Notes: generated from the letters alone by a model not told the origin. DNA of 64,000 nt from Eledone cirrhosa (GCA_964016885.1 OZ024743.1:293756001-293820000); one strand, 5' to 3'. Positions 1 through 12,472 are shown, counted from the stretch's first letter. Numbers and translations: made by a program.

Positions 1-109
1 AGCACCAACCTCATTTACAGTGAGTGCTGGGTGCTTTTTTTCCGTGGCACCTCCACGACCACTTTGCAGTGGAATGATAGGGACTGGGACCCCAGTCCCT
101 ATCATGTCA

Positions 110-249
110 TTTCTACAGCTGAGTAAACTGGAGCAATGTGAAATAAAGTGTTTTGCTCAAGGAAACAACACATCACCCGGTCTGAGAATTGAACTCACAA
201 CCTTTCGATTGCAAGCCCAATGCTCTAACCACTAAGCTATGTGCCTCCA
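110..249 (-). mobile_element. tRNA-derived SINE with CORE-like central domain
   Basis: The minus strand reads TGGAGGCACATAGCTTAGTGGTTAGAGC (A box) ... GTGAGTTCAATTC (B box), then CCTTGAGCAAAACACTT (CORE-like). Diverged relatives lie near 23600-23790, 29230-29345 and 37940-38075. Confidence 0.75.
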
Positions 250-252
250 AGT

Positions 253-259
253 TATATAT

Positions 260-306
<47 letters not shown>

Positions 307-315
307 TATATATAT

Positions 316-346
<31 letters not shown>

Positions 347-369
347 CGTACATATATATATATATATAT

Positions 370-464
<95 letters not shown>

Positions 465-486
465 CATATATATATACATACATATA

Positions 487-580
<94 letters not shown>
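253..580. repeat. (TA)n microsatellite with TACA interruptions
   Basis: Read directly from the sequence; it produces the poly-YI ORFs. Confidence 0.97.
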
Positions 581-581
<1 letters not shown>

Positions 582-1339
582 CTTGATCGTTTTTTTTTGG
601 CTATGCGAATGATTGTTTAACCATCGTCTCAGTGTGTTTGGCCTTTAACGTTTGTTATAGCTCTTGTTCATCCGAATCATTGAATACTTGCCTCACATCT
701 CGGAGGTTGATTTTCGTTATTTCGTGGGCCGAAATGCGAATCTCGATAATTTATGTTTGTATTTATCTCCAGACTCTAGCTATTGACCAGTTAATTTTCT
801 TGATTTTTTAGTTGATTCTATTGACTGATGAATATCTTATGTTAATTTTAACCCTTCTGTTGAGAACTCTATTCGATTTGTGATGTTTTTGCATTCTTGC
901 AAAAATATACACAACTGAATTTATTCGCTTGATATAGGGGCTGCCTCCCTTGCCGATCCCCACGTGGAGTCAGCAATAGTCAGTTCTTGTATTAACATTG
1001 AACTAGAACCTGTTGAGAAAGTGGCTTCCTTGTACAATCATCTTACCAGAAGCCTGACATTATTTATGTAAGCGGACGGTACTTGATTTAGGAGCCGCAG
1101 AAACCCAAATACTGGATTTTACCAACCTTCCAGGGTTCCGGGTAAATTTTCAATACCCGAATTACTTGATCGCTTTTTTGGTTATGCGAATGATTGTTTA
1201 ACCATCGTCTCAGTGTGTTTGGCCTTTAACGTTTGTTATAGCTCTGGTTCATCTGAATCATTGAGCACTTGCCTCACATCTCCGAGGTTGTTTTTCGTTA
1301 TTTCGTGGGCCGAAATGCGAATCTCGATAATTTATGTTT
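581..1339. repeat. Non-coding element bounded by ~177-bp direct repeats (581-758 and 1164-1339)
   Basis: ACTTGATCG...GGGCCGAAATGCGAATCTCGATAATTTATGTTT occurs twice, 583 bp apart. The element abuts (TA)n on the left. Confidence 0.8.
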
Positions 1340-1341
1340 AT

Positions 1342-2157
1342 ATAACGCCCATGTTATTTCGGACACCTAAATAACTTTCAGTAGCTTCAAAACTAAGAAA
1401 CACTAAGAGCTCAAAATTGATACATGTGGAATGATAGGTATTAACTAAATAGTGCTAAAATTATAGTTTTTCAAGCTCATTGTTATGCAGTTACGAGCAA
1501 AAGAGTATTTCTATTCGAAAAATGAGGTGGTAAAAATGATTGGGAGATTGTTCGAACTTACTTTGTACTGATGTAAGTGTGTGCTTGACTGCCGCTCGGC
1601 ATGCCTAAGTATAGTGCACACACATAACAGGTCTAGGGGATATGCAAAATCTGGTTTTATCTGGAAGGCATTTGTTAAGTTACATCTGGACAGTTAAATT
1701 ACGTCCCTCCATTAGAGCCATAGCTGAAAGCGTTAAGTGTCCCAAATGTGTTGTACATTATATACTAAAAAGATACGACGACACAGGGTCATGTAACAGC
1801 GGAATTTGGGTCCCAGAAAAACCTCGAAGAAAGGTGATCAAGCCATTGTCCACATTGTAAAAAAGGTCGGTTTCAAGACAGCAGCAGCGGTCTCCCGAGA
1901 AGTAAACAATTCTATGGCATTTGTTGTATTATCTGTCCAAATAATTTTCACCACCTCAGTTTTTGAGTAAAAATACACTTTTCCTCATAACCTGCGTTTC
2001 AGTGATCCTAAACAAGTATAATTTTAACCATATTTAGTGGATATCTATCATATAATTATTTATGCATCAATTTTGACCTTTTAGCGTTTTTTAGTTTTGA
2101 AGCTAGTGAAGATTTTGTGATGGACATCTAGGTGCCCGAACCATTATGATCTAATAT
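1342..2157 (+). mobile_element. Degenerate Tc1-like DNA transposon with long imperfect TIRs and a transposase HTH remnant
   Basis: About 1345-1535 is the imperfect reverse complement of about 1945-2155 (e.g. AGCTTCAAAACTAA / TTAGTTTTGAAGCT). The internal peptide SIRAIAESVKCPKCVVHYILKRYDDTGS, with PRKTS in another frame, resembles the Tc1 paired-like HTH. Confidence 0.7.
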
Positions 2158-2160
2158 GAA

Positions 2161-2242
<82 letters not shown>

Positions 2243-2855
2243 GATTCAGCGAGAATCGCATTTCGGTGAGCAGGAGAAGCGAAGCGAAACGCAAAAATCA
2301 GAAATGATACTGGCAAAGTGCTCATTAGTTAAAAACCAGAGCTAAAAAATGTGTTAAGAAGCCATACAAAACTGAAAAGGTGGCCAAGAAGGCATTAACC
2401 ACCCAAGCCCAAAACCAAATCAAGATAAACAGGTCAAAACAAAATAAATGATAAAAAATAAATGATAACCAGACCTGGACTCCCGGTATTGTTGTTAAAA
2501 TCCGATGTAGAGTTTCTGTGACACTTAAATCAAAATACAGTCTGCTTAAAAATATAAGCTTTGGGTATAATGATCGAACAAGGAATATCACGTTATCAAC
2601 AGGTATTTCGCTCTGTACCAAATAAGTGAATGAGACGGTAGTAAGTTAAACCACGTGTGGAAATGACAAGGGGAATAACCCCAGATTTTGGCAAAGTAAT
2701 TCAGTAAGTGTAAATCATGCGAAAAATAGCATCAATAGCACAAAACGAATAAGTTCTCAACCGAGTGGTTTTAAAATAAACTTATACAATTAACCTGTCA
2801 ATAGAAATGATTAACAAGTTAATTGTAAGAAACGGGAGATTAATACAAATAAAGA

Positions 2856-2911
<56 letters not shown>

Positions 2912-3007
2912 ACTAGACAAGGACATCAATATATATATATATGTTTTTGGCAACCATTCACAGTGAGGCTCAATGACGAATTAATTAAATAATTAATAAT
3001 CAGAGCA

Positions 3008-3518
3008 ATATATAAAAAGTAAGTCCATAGAATCATTAGATAAAATATATACAGTATTTCTTCTCCCAATCAGCATAAATTAACCACACAAAAAATCATT
3101 TAAACGAGGCTATAAGTTTAAAATATACTTATGAAGAAACAGTAGATAAATGATACAGCTCTTTATCCGCGATTCACAGCTATAGAACATTTACCCATTA
3201 CTTCTGATAGTCTGTAGAAATTGACTAGACATATAGTTAACCATACATAATTAGTTTCAAAATCAAAGTTAGAAGAAAAATGCACATAAACATACCAAAC
3301 TCATCAATTTCTACAGGCTATCAGAAATCATGGGTACATTTTCGATAGCCGTGAATCGCGGAAAAAGAGCTGTATAATTTATCTACTGGTTCTTCATAGG
3401 TATATTTTAAACCTATAGCCTCGTTTAAATGATTTTTTGTGTGGTTAATTTATGCTGATTGGGAGAAAAAATACTGTATATATTTTATCTAATGATTCTA
3501 TGGACTTACTTTATATAT
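3008..3518. repeat. Inverted repeat with ~215-bp arms (3008-3224 / 3304-3518) and an ~80-bp spacer
   Basis: AAGTAAGTCCATAGAATCATTAGATAAAATATATACAGTA... is mirrored by ...TACTGTATATATTTTATCTAATGATTCTATGGACTTACTT. Confidence 0.85.
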
Positions 3519-3783
3519 ATATATATATATATTAGTTTAGTGAGGTTTTTTATATGAAATCGTGTGTCGAAACAAATATTGTTATACTTGGGGAGGGTCA
3601 TATTTGTGTAATATTGCCAGAATTAATAACAGAACACACTCACTGTTTGGTTGGTTTTCGCTTCTCGCTGTCTTTTATATCTGCGATCTAACTTAATCGG
3701 TCCTCAATGTTGCCATTGACTGACCGACGGTCAAAAATAATACAGATACAATATAGACACAAACACATATATATAGTTTACAT

Positions 3784-3832
3784 AATTTACATAAATCTTT
3801 CGTTGCACATCTGCAACATCGTCAGTGGTGTT
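3784..3832 (-). ncRNA. Hammerhead-like motif in the inverted pseudo-LTR (mirror of 6624-6672)
   Basis: The plus strand reads TTTC GTTGCA CATC TGCAAC A TCGTCAG at 3798-3825. Confidence 0.7.
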
Positions 3833-4534
3833 ATATGTTTTCCTCCTGTTGTGTTGTATGTCTACGCCATTTTTTATTCAGTTTGTCTATATATTTATTT
3901 ATTTATTTATTTATTTGCTTGTTTGTTTATTTTATTTTGTCTTCTTTGCGCATGCGTTTGCGTGTGTGTATAGTGTTACGTTTGCTGTGTGACTAGTGTG
4001 TATAGTGTTGTGTCTGCTGGGTGACTAGTGTGTGTTTATGTGCTTGTTGTTATTGTGCTTGTGTATGTATTTATTTATCTTATTTTATTTTATTTTATTT
4101 ACTTATTTATACTTCTCTTAGGTCAGTGTTGTTTGTTTGGGTGTTGTTGTTATTCCACTCATTCTTTCTGTTTAACTTTGGTCTTCTAATTTCTATTTCA
4201 CTGGCCTCTCTGATTTGCCTATCTGCTGGGTCATTCCTATGTTTAGATATTATTCTAATTTCTATGTTGTCTATGTTACCGTCATGTTGTTGTCTAGCAT
4301 GTTCGTATAGTACTGACCCGTTTTTTCGTCCTTTTAGTTCCCCCCAGTGTTGGTCTATCCTTTCACCTATGCTACGAGCTGTCTCACCTATGTATGTTGT
4401 TGTCATGTTTCTGCAAGTACCCTCTGTACATCTTATGCTATAGACTACGTTTCTAGTTTTACAGTTTATCCGGGGGTTCACCTTACATATGATACATTTC
4501 CTATTGGTACAGTGGGTTTTCTTAAAGCAACTAC

Positions 4535-6349
4535 ATGATTTCCTACTTCCTCTCGATGGTTATACGCCCCATAATCAAGATGTCCCCAGATGTATGTGAA
4601 AGTACAGAGGACCTCCTCAGCAGAATCAGTGAGTGCAACAAAAACAGGAGCCTATCCAACTGCATAATAGGCAGCATGGAAGTGGTGTCACTGTACCCAT
4701 CCATTAACATTGATTTTGCTGTGAAAAGATGTGTGGAGATGATCATCGAGAGTGAGGTGGAGTTCTGCGACGTCGACACAGACGAACTGGGCCTCCTACT
4801 TAGACTTACCTACGACACTGACTACCTAGACAGCCATGACCTTAGATGTTTCTGCCCTAGTAGACCTATAAGAGGTAGACCCCCCACCATAACCTCAATG
4901 GCAAAAAAGAATCCCATGGGAAGGTGGATTGGGTGGACCAAAGCTATACGGACCCCCCAAAACAATGATCAGGTAAGAAAAATGGTCGCACATGCAATAG
5001 GGGCTAGTATCAAAACTACCCTAAAGGGCCACATATTTAAGTTCAATGAGAAAATCTACACCCAAAATGAGGGAGCAGCCATCGGCGTCAGCATAGCTGG
5101 TGATGTTGCCAACCTTTTCATGGTATGGTGGGAAAGGAGACTTAAAGATCTCCTTAATGAAAGCTCCATAGACCTCATCATGTACTCTCGTTATGTAGAC
5201 GATATCAATATAGTTATAAGAACACCCCCACTAGAGAGCACTAACAAGTTTGAATTAGAACGTAGCACGATGGAAAGCATCCAGCAGATAGCTAATTCCA
5301 TACACCAGAGTATAACTGTAACTATCGACTTCCCTTCCAAACACCCTAACAATAGACTACCTGTATTAGACACAGAACTCTGGATTAACACTATAGACGA
5401 GAGATCCCAAATTCTCCACTCACACTATGCTAAACCCACGGCCTCTAAATACCTGATACTCAAAAACTCAGCAATGTCCAGTAGTGCTAAGTTTAATATT
5501 CTGATCGCAGATTTGGTACGAGTGATGAAGAATGTGTCCAGCATGTGCGACCCAACAGAAATGGAAAGACACATCCAACACTTCATCAACCGCATGCAGT
5601 TCTCTGGCTACAACCAAAGAGACAGAGTCAGAGTATACGAAGGAGCCATGGAAAAGTATAAAACCCTCATAGAACTGGACATGAAAGGAATTTGCCCATT
5701 ATACAGGAGCAAATCATGGAATAGCTTAGATAGGGCTAGACATAAGATAGGGAAGGCCACATCATGGTACGACAACCAAAGATATCAGAGTGTCATGTTT
5801 GTGGACACCACCCCTGGAGGGAAATTAGCTAACCAGTGTAGAAAGGCCCTGAGACAGACCCACCTAAAAATAAAGGTGGTAGAAAAGCCAGGAACCACCA
5901 TAAAATCCCTGATCAGCAAAACCTACCCCTTTAAGAAAACCCACTGTACCAATAGGAAATGTATCATATGTAAGGTGAACCCCCGGATAAAATGTAAAAC
6001 TAGAAACGTAGTCTATAGCATAAGATGTACAGAGGGTACTTGCAGAAACATGACAACAACATACATAGGCGAAACAGCTCGTAGCATAGGTGAAAGGATA
6101 GACCAACACTGGGGGGAACTAAAAGGACGAAAAAACGGGTCAGTACTATACGAACATGCTAGACAACAACATGACGGTAACATAGACAACATAGAAATTA
6201 GAATAATATCTAAACATAGGAATGACCCAGCAGATAGGCAAATCAGAGAGGCCAGTGAAATAGAAATTAGAAGACCAAAGCTAAACAGAAAGAATGAGTG
6301 GAACAACAACAACACCCAAACAAACAACACTGACCTAAGAGAAGTATAA
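4535..6349 (+). CDS. PLE reverse transcriptase plus GIY-YIG endonuclease (N-terminally truncated, 604 aa)
   Basis: RT motifs: IIGSMEVVSLYPSI (A), QNEGAAIGVSIAGDVANLFM (B'), YSRYVDDI (C), LPVLDTEL (E). A Cys-rich linker CTNRKCIIC precedes the GIY-YIG motif NVVYSIRC...YIGETARSIGERIDQH...REASEI...PKLNRKNEW. Confidence 0.93.
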   Translation: MISYFLSMVIRPIIKMSPDVCESTEDLLSRISECNKNRSLSNCIIGSMEVVSLYPSINIDFAVKRCVEMIIESEVEFCDVDTDELGLLLRLTYDTDYLDSHDLRCFCPSRPIRGRPPTITSMAKKNPMGRWIGWTKAIRTPQNNDQVRKMVAHAIGASIKTTLKGHIFKFNEKIYTQNEGAAIGVSIAGDVANLFMVWWERRLKDLLNESSIDLIMYSRYVDDINIVIRTPPLESTNKFELERSTMESIQQIANSIHQSITVTIDFPSKHPNNRLPVLDTELWINTIDERSQILHSHYAKPTASKYLILKNSAMSSSAKFNILIADLVRVMKNVSSMCDPTEMERHIQHFINRMQFSGYNQRDRVRVYEGAMEKYKTLIELDMKGICPLYRSKSWNSLDRARHKIGKATSWYDNQRYQSVMFVDTTPGGKLANQCRKALRQTHLKIKVVEKPGTTIKSLISKTYPFKKTHCTNRKCIICKVNPRIKCKTRNVVYSIRCTEGTCRNMTTTYIGETARSIGERIDQHWGELKGRKNGSVLYEHARQQHDGNIDNIEIRIISKHRNDPADRQIREASEIEIRRPKLNRKNEWNNNNTQTNNTDLREV

Positions 6350-6623
6350 ATAAGTAAATAAAATAAAATAAAATAAGATAAATAAATACATACACAAGCA
6401 CAATAACAACAAGCACATAAACACACACTAGTCACCCAGCAGACACAACACTATACACACTAGTCACACAGCAAACGTAACACTATACACACACGCAAAC
6501 GCATGCGCAAAGAAGACAAAATAAAATAAACAAACAAGCAAATAAATAAATAAATAAATAAATATATAGACAGACTGAATAAAAAATGGCGTAGACATAC
6601 AACACAACAGGAGGAAAAAATAT

Positions 6624-6672
6624 AACACCACTGACGATGTTGCAGATGTGCAACGAAAGATTTATGTAAATT
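6624..6672 (+). ncRNA. Hammerhead ribozyme-like motif in the PLE 3' pseudo-LTR
   Basis: CTGACGA (6631-6637) - T - GTTGCA GATG TGCAAC (stem II) - GAAA (6655-6658). Stems I and III are weak. A mirror copy lies on the minus strand at about 3784-3832. Confidence 0.7.
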
Positions 6673-6872
6673 ATGTAAACTATATATATGTGTTTGTGTC
6701 TATATTGTATCTGTATTATTTTTGACCGTCGGTCAGTCAATGGCAACATTGAGGACCGATTAAGTTAGATCGCAGATATAAAAGACAGCGAGAAGCGAAA
6801 ACCAACCAAACAGTGAGTGTGTTCTGTTATTAATTCTGGCAATATTACACAAATATGATCCTCCCCAAGTAT

Positions 6873-6927
<55 letters not shown>

Positions 6928-7111
6928 GGTGTTAAAGTTTGCTTGAAGCATTGTGAAATATGTAAAATATGTAGTTTAGAAAGCCACAACAATGCAGATG
7001 GGAAATCTCGAGGTAGGAAGTGAGTGAGAAATAGGAGGAAAGTGAAAATTGAGAGAAACGAAAAAACGAAAACAAAACAAAGGTAGAAGGGTTACCGTAG
7101 TGGAGATTTAA

Positions 7112-7148
7112 TCCCAATATTTCGGGCTCACGCCCATCAACGGGGGGA
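7112..7148 (-). ncRNA. Decayed minimal hammerhead in a PLE-like 3' end remnant
   Basis: The minus strand reads CCC-CCGTTGA-T-GGGC GTGA GCCC-GAAA-TATT-GGG. Stems I, II and III are intact, but the core has two substitutions relative to CTGATGA. Confidence 0.55.
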
Positions 7149-7241
7149 AAGTTCCAAAAGGGGGGGGGGAACATGCTAAGCCGGAGAAAGTTGTATTGTC
7201 GTTAAAACATAGGAATGCCGTTATAAAACATAGGAATGCCG

Positions 7242-7311
<70 letters not shown>

Positions 7312-7320
7312 CCACTAAAA

Positions 7321-7406
7321 GGGTCTGATGAGCCGTGGATTACAGAGTCGGGCTAGATCGATACAGATTGAACCATGAGCTGATCGGTGGCGAAGCGCGA
7401 GTCACC
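7321..7406 (+). ncRNA. Type I hammerhead motif with a long stem II and an A15.1-to-G substitution
   Basis: GGT-CTGATGA-GCC...GGC-GAAG-C GCGA G-TC-ACC. Stem I is GGT/ACC, stem II is GCC/GGC, and stem III is C-G with a GCGA loop. It begins about 10 bp after a (TA)n tract. Confidence 0.7.
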
Positions 7407-7464
7407 AACCAATAGACGTAATGAAGGAGTAACCACTCGACCTTGTTTTATTTTATTATTTACA

Positions 7465-7651
7465 GTGGATTGGCAGTATCGGTAGAGGGTCGGACGCCAT
7501 ACTTTGACGCATAGAGTTACGGCCCTTGCCATTCTGAGTTCAAATCCCGCCGAGTTAACTTTGCCTTTCATCCTTACGGGGTCGATAAAATAAAGTACCA
7601 GTAATGCACTGGGTAATTTCTGGCCTTGTGCCAACAGTAGAAACAATTATT
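7465..7651 (+). mobile_element. tRNA-derived SINE (abundant family)
   Basis: GGATTGGCAGTATCGGTAGAG (A box) ... GAGTTCAAATCCC (B box) ... TTGCCTTTCATCCTTACGGGGTCGATAAAATAAAGTACCAG ... GGCCTTGTGCC...TAGAAACAATTATT. More than 10 copies occur in the window. Confidence 0.85.
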
Positions 7652-7687
7652 TACATATATATTGATAGAGAGAGAGAAAAAGAGAGG

Positions 7688-7721
<34 letters not shown>

Positions 7722-8078
7722 AAGTAAGGAAATTGATTACGTGAGACTAACAGACAATCATGATACTGTCTAGAGACAGAAGATAAACAATACGGTTAAA
7801 GAAAAGTAAAAATGTAGTCTGTTCTACCTAAAGGTGGGATGAGGTGGGGGATTATAGTGGGTTAGGCTATGACAATGTGAAAGGGTAAATAAAATAACAT
7901 AATCAGGTTAAGTTTGCATTGTTCTCATTCTACCTCAACTAAATCGTCTACCATTGCGTGAGAGAGTTCGTGTGTCAAGGACATTACTTGTCAATTGTTC
8001 TTAAATTTCATATAGCTACTCATCCCAACAACCTGCTTGTACTATCCATCTACCTATATCAAAATCGCTCTCCTTATT

Positions 8079-8117
<39 letters not shown>

Positions 8118-8145
8118 TCCAATAGCCGAAATGTGATTCTCGCTA

Positions 8146-8238
<93 letters not shown>

Positions 8239-8407
8239 ATATAAAGAAATAGAAATACACAGATACATGCGGACACATACATATATATGAATATATCCAC
8301 ATATATCCTTGAATTTGTGGTGCCAACCTCAACCGTTGTTGCTCTATGAATAAGTGGGACAGAATAATCCGAATGGATTAGATTGATTCAGTATCAGAGC
8401 TATATCA

Positions 8408-9106
8408 TCTCTATATATAAAACTGAGGTTGTCTGTCTGTCTACTAAAACCTTCGGCACACATCTCCTCTTAAACCGTAAGTTCAAATTTCGGTGAAATT
8501 GCTACACTTATAGATGAAGGTCCGGCGGAACCATCGGTCAAATAAATTTTCAAATAAGTTCTTGTTTTTGATTATGTCATCTATATATATAAAGCTGTGG
8601 CTGTCTGTCTGTCTATCGATTTTTGGCACACATCTCCTCTTAGAATCTCTGACGGAATTGCACCGAAATTGCTATACTTGTACATTGAGCCCTAGCGAAG
8701 ACATCGGAAAAAAAATATTTCAAATTGACCCACCCTATGTGACGAAATCGAATCTAATGTATCGATTTTTGAGCGTAAGTGACGAGTTATTTCCCTTTGT
8801 TCTGTTTACATTGAGCGTCTTACGTTGTTTTTCTCTGCGTTGCAGTGTTTACATTTTCGATCTTTGTTAATAAATAACCAGTGCAGTTTTTATCCCCAGC
8901 ATCCTCTTTTGTTATAACATTCGGGTTATCGTTATGTTTTCTTAACTTCATAAGGCATATTGTTGGTTGAGGGAATATTAATCAAAAACACCACATGCAA
9001 GTCTGCACAGTAGACACTACAGTTTTTAAGCCAAAAAAGAAACTTAACATTGTAACTTTAACACAGCTACTGAGCGACCCCGAGCAACGCCGGGCTTTAC
9101 TGCTAG
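8408..9106 (+). mobile_element. Non-autonomous Helitron
   Basis: It starts A|TC-TCTATATATAAAACTGAGGTTGTCTGTCTGTC and ends with the hairpin CCCGAGCAACGCCGGG followed by CTAG|T. A second 5' end is nested at 8580. Confidence 0.8.
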
Positions 9107-9177
9107 TACATTATAAAGAAAGAAGAAACATTAGATATAATTAATAAGATATACCATATCCAAATTCCTACATTACT

Positions 9178-9229
9178 CCTCGACTACGTAGTTTCGTGGC
9201 ATATTATGCAAAAACACTATATCACAGAG
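9178..9229 (-). ncRNA. Decayed hammerhead motif
   Basis: The minus strand reads CTCTGTGA...GTG..GCATA A TATGC CAC-GAAA-CTAC GTAG-TC-GAG. Stem III is a perfect palindrome with a GTC triplet, but the core lacks one base. Confidence 0.5.
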
Positions 9230-9511
9230 ATACAGTATTTTTGTGAGGTCTGCCGATTTATCAAGAGGATACCTCGTTTAGAGTTTCAAAACACATCCGT
9301 AGGACGCGAGATAGAATCCCGAAAGACGGAGGGGGAGTCAATCCCGTGATACAGCGGTCAAGAAACAGAGCTGAGCCTCTTACAACCAAGAAAAAAATAA
9401 TGATATATTATATATATATATATATATATATAGAATAATAAAAAGCGAAGTAGTTTCAGATGTTAAAGTCCTTTAATGATAATGCTGTGATACATATTTC
9501 AATGACGACAG

Positions 9512-9557
9512 TGGCTACACGCTTCGGTGTCCCAGTGCCGTCACATCATCAGACAGC
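9512..9557 (-). ncRNA. Decayed hammerhead motif
   Basis: The minus strand reads GCTGT-CTGATGA-TGTGAC GGCACTGG GACACC-GAAG-CGTG-TA, with several substitutions. Confidence 0.4.
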
Positions 9558-9999
9558 TTCTTACATGGACAAAATTGACAATCATTTTAACCACTTATAC
9601 CCTCATTTCCATACAGTTTACATTCCTCGTATATGTTTCTCATATATATCTACTATCTCATTTTATATCTATGTATTTTTTGTATTTTATATTTTGTATT
9701 TTTGTTTTGATTCATGTGATAGAAATATTAACTATGTATTTGCCTAATTACTACGTTTCATACTGTGATTTACCCTCCATTCTATTGTACGATACTATCG
9801 TTCAATATATGGATAACATATCTCTAATATTGATCCCCCTTTCAAAACTTCTTACTATAATTTAAACATCTCCCTATTTATTTATTAGTTATTTATTAGT
9901 TATTTTATTTATTAGTTATTATATGTACATATTTTACTTACTTCAATCAAGATTTTAACTTGTAATTTTTTTAAATTTCTCATCTTCAATCATAATTTG

Positions 10000-11424
10000 T
10001 GTGTGTGAGTTTGAATCCCTAAAAACTCGAGAAGCACCCAACCGGCTGTTTTCAAACTTTACACATGTAATACTTATGTTTCAGGGAGTGTTCTGAGCAA
10101 ACATTTTAAATTTTCAGTGCCCTAGAGACCGCATTGGGCGATTTAGCGATCTCTCTCTATAATTCTTAGTCTTTCTCTTTTTAGATAGATACATACATAT
10201 AACGTCGCACCCTTATAATATATGTCTGTATGTCTGGCTGTCTGCAACGCGCTCGGCGCGTCAATGTATGGCTGTTAAACGGACCGCGAACGCATTCTGA
10301 TTCATTCTAAAGGCTACCAGTGGAAGCAACCGTAACACCCTCCTTCAAATGTTAGAGAACGCAGCCAAAGTCACTATTAAGGGCTACAAGTGAACGCTCA
10401 CATGGCCCTTTTTAGGGCCACCACTTGAAATTGTTGATGGTTACCCCTCCTTACTGGGGTGTCAGTGAACGGCTTACACGGCCCTTTTAAGGGCCCTTGA
10501 AATAGCTGATGGCGACCCTTTATTTAGGGCTGCCAGTGAACGCGCACACGCCCCGGGGCCCATTTTATTGCACCATTCCACTTTAAATTTGTTATATTAT
10601 GCCAACAGTTTGGTAAAGGTTTTTCCAGTTGCGTTTACTTACTAAGGTGCGGTGGACTCCTTCGAGAAGGCTCCACATGCTGTCCGATTTCATGTCATGC
10701 CTTGCTCAAGCATTGGAGTGACTTCCCTCTGACATAAGTGGTGACATCTGTCCTGCTGACTCATGCCACTTTATTAAAGTACAAAAGCACCAAGCCAATT
10801 TTCTCCTCGTGGAAAGAGAAGCATACCTAATACTAATTGCATAAGAGTATTCGGTTTATTGTCCAGGCATGCAGTTTTTCCACGATTAGGTCTGTTGACA
10901 GCCCACGTTATGATTCAGGGAGTGTTATGCACATAAACAATTCAACTTTTTGATCCCTAGGGCCCACATTAGGTGAAAAACTGCGTTTTTACAGATTTTA
11001 GGGGTATTTTGATGCTTTACGTCAGACCGATTTTCTTGAAATTGTAACTATGTATTAGTCAGTCTATTCTTCATAATGTGAGAAAAGAAAATCCGACTTT
11101 TTTATGGGCTAAGGCCCGCATTAGGTGAAAACTTCATTTTTTCAACTTTTTAGGGCTTTTTTTAGGCGTTACGTCTAGTCGATTTTCCCGAAATTTCAAG
11201 GCATGTTATGCACATAAAAAAAAAATATTTTCTTGATGCCCTAGAGCCCGCATTAGGTGAAAACCTGCATTTTTCCTTCTTCATCGAAGGAAAATGTTAA
11301 AGATTATCCAGCCATTAGAGTATTCAGTATATTTTCTTTACATATTGTCGAGGCATGCAGTTTTTCCACGATCAGGTCTGTTCTAAAATACCTTATCCCA
11401 TGCAACACCAGGTACCACTGCTAG
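10000..11424 (+). mobile_element. Degenerate non-autonomous Helitron
   Basis: It shares AATCCCTAAAA(A)CTCGAGAAG and repeated CCCTAGGGCCCGCATTAGGTGAAAA blocks with 18250-19720. It ends CCCATGCAACACCAGGT...CTAG|T. Confidence 0.65.
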
Positions 11425-12262
<838 letters not shown>

Positions 12263-12472
12263 TAATATGTATGTGATGAAACACAGATACCAACACATCT
12301 GTATATATATTGCAAAAGAAAAATTTAGCCAGATTGAAGTATACTAATTATTATACTACAGTTTGTCCATATCGATTTAAAATAATAAATCAACGGAGAC
12401 CAACTGTATTGCCAAGAGGCCGTGATGTTTAGACACATTTAAATTTCAAAATCAAACCTGTTCCGTAGATAA

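Larger units (their letters stand above)
3576..6880 (+). mobile_element. Penelope-like retroelement (PLE), 5'-truncated, with an inverted 5' pseudo-LTR
   Basis: 3576-4527 is the near-identical reverse complement of 5929-6880 (952 bp each). The central ORF encodes RT plus GIY-YIG. The 3' end abuts (TA)n. Confidence 0.95.

Noticed and set aside
170-249. tRNA gene
   Set aside because: A and B boxes are present, but the sequence runs into a SINE body and lacks a complete cloverleaf.
4107-4481. Apparent standalone GIY-YIG gene on the minus strand
   Set aside because: It is the inverted duplicate of the PLE ORF 3' end.
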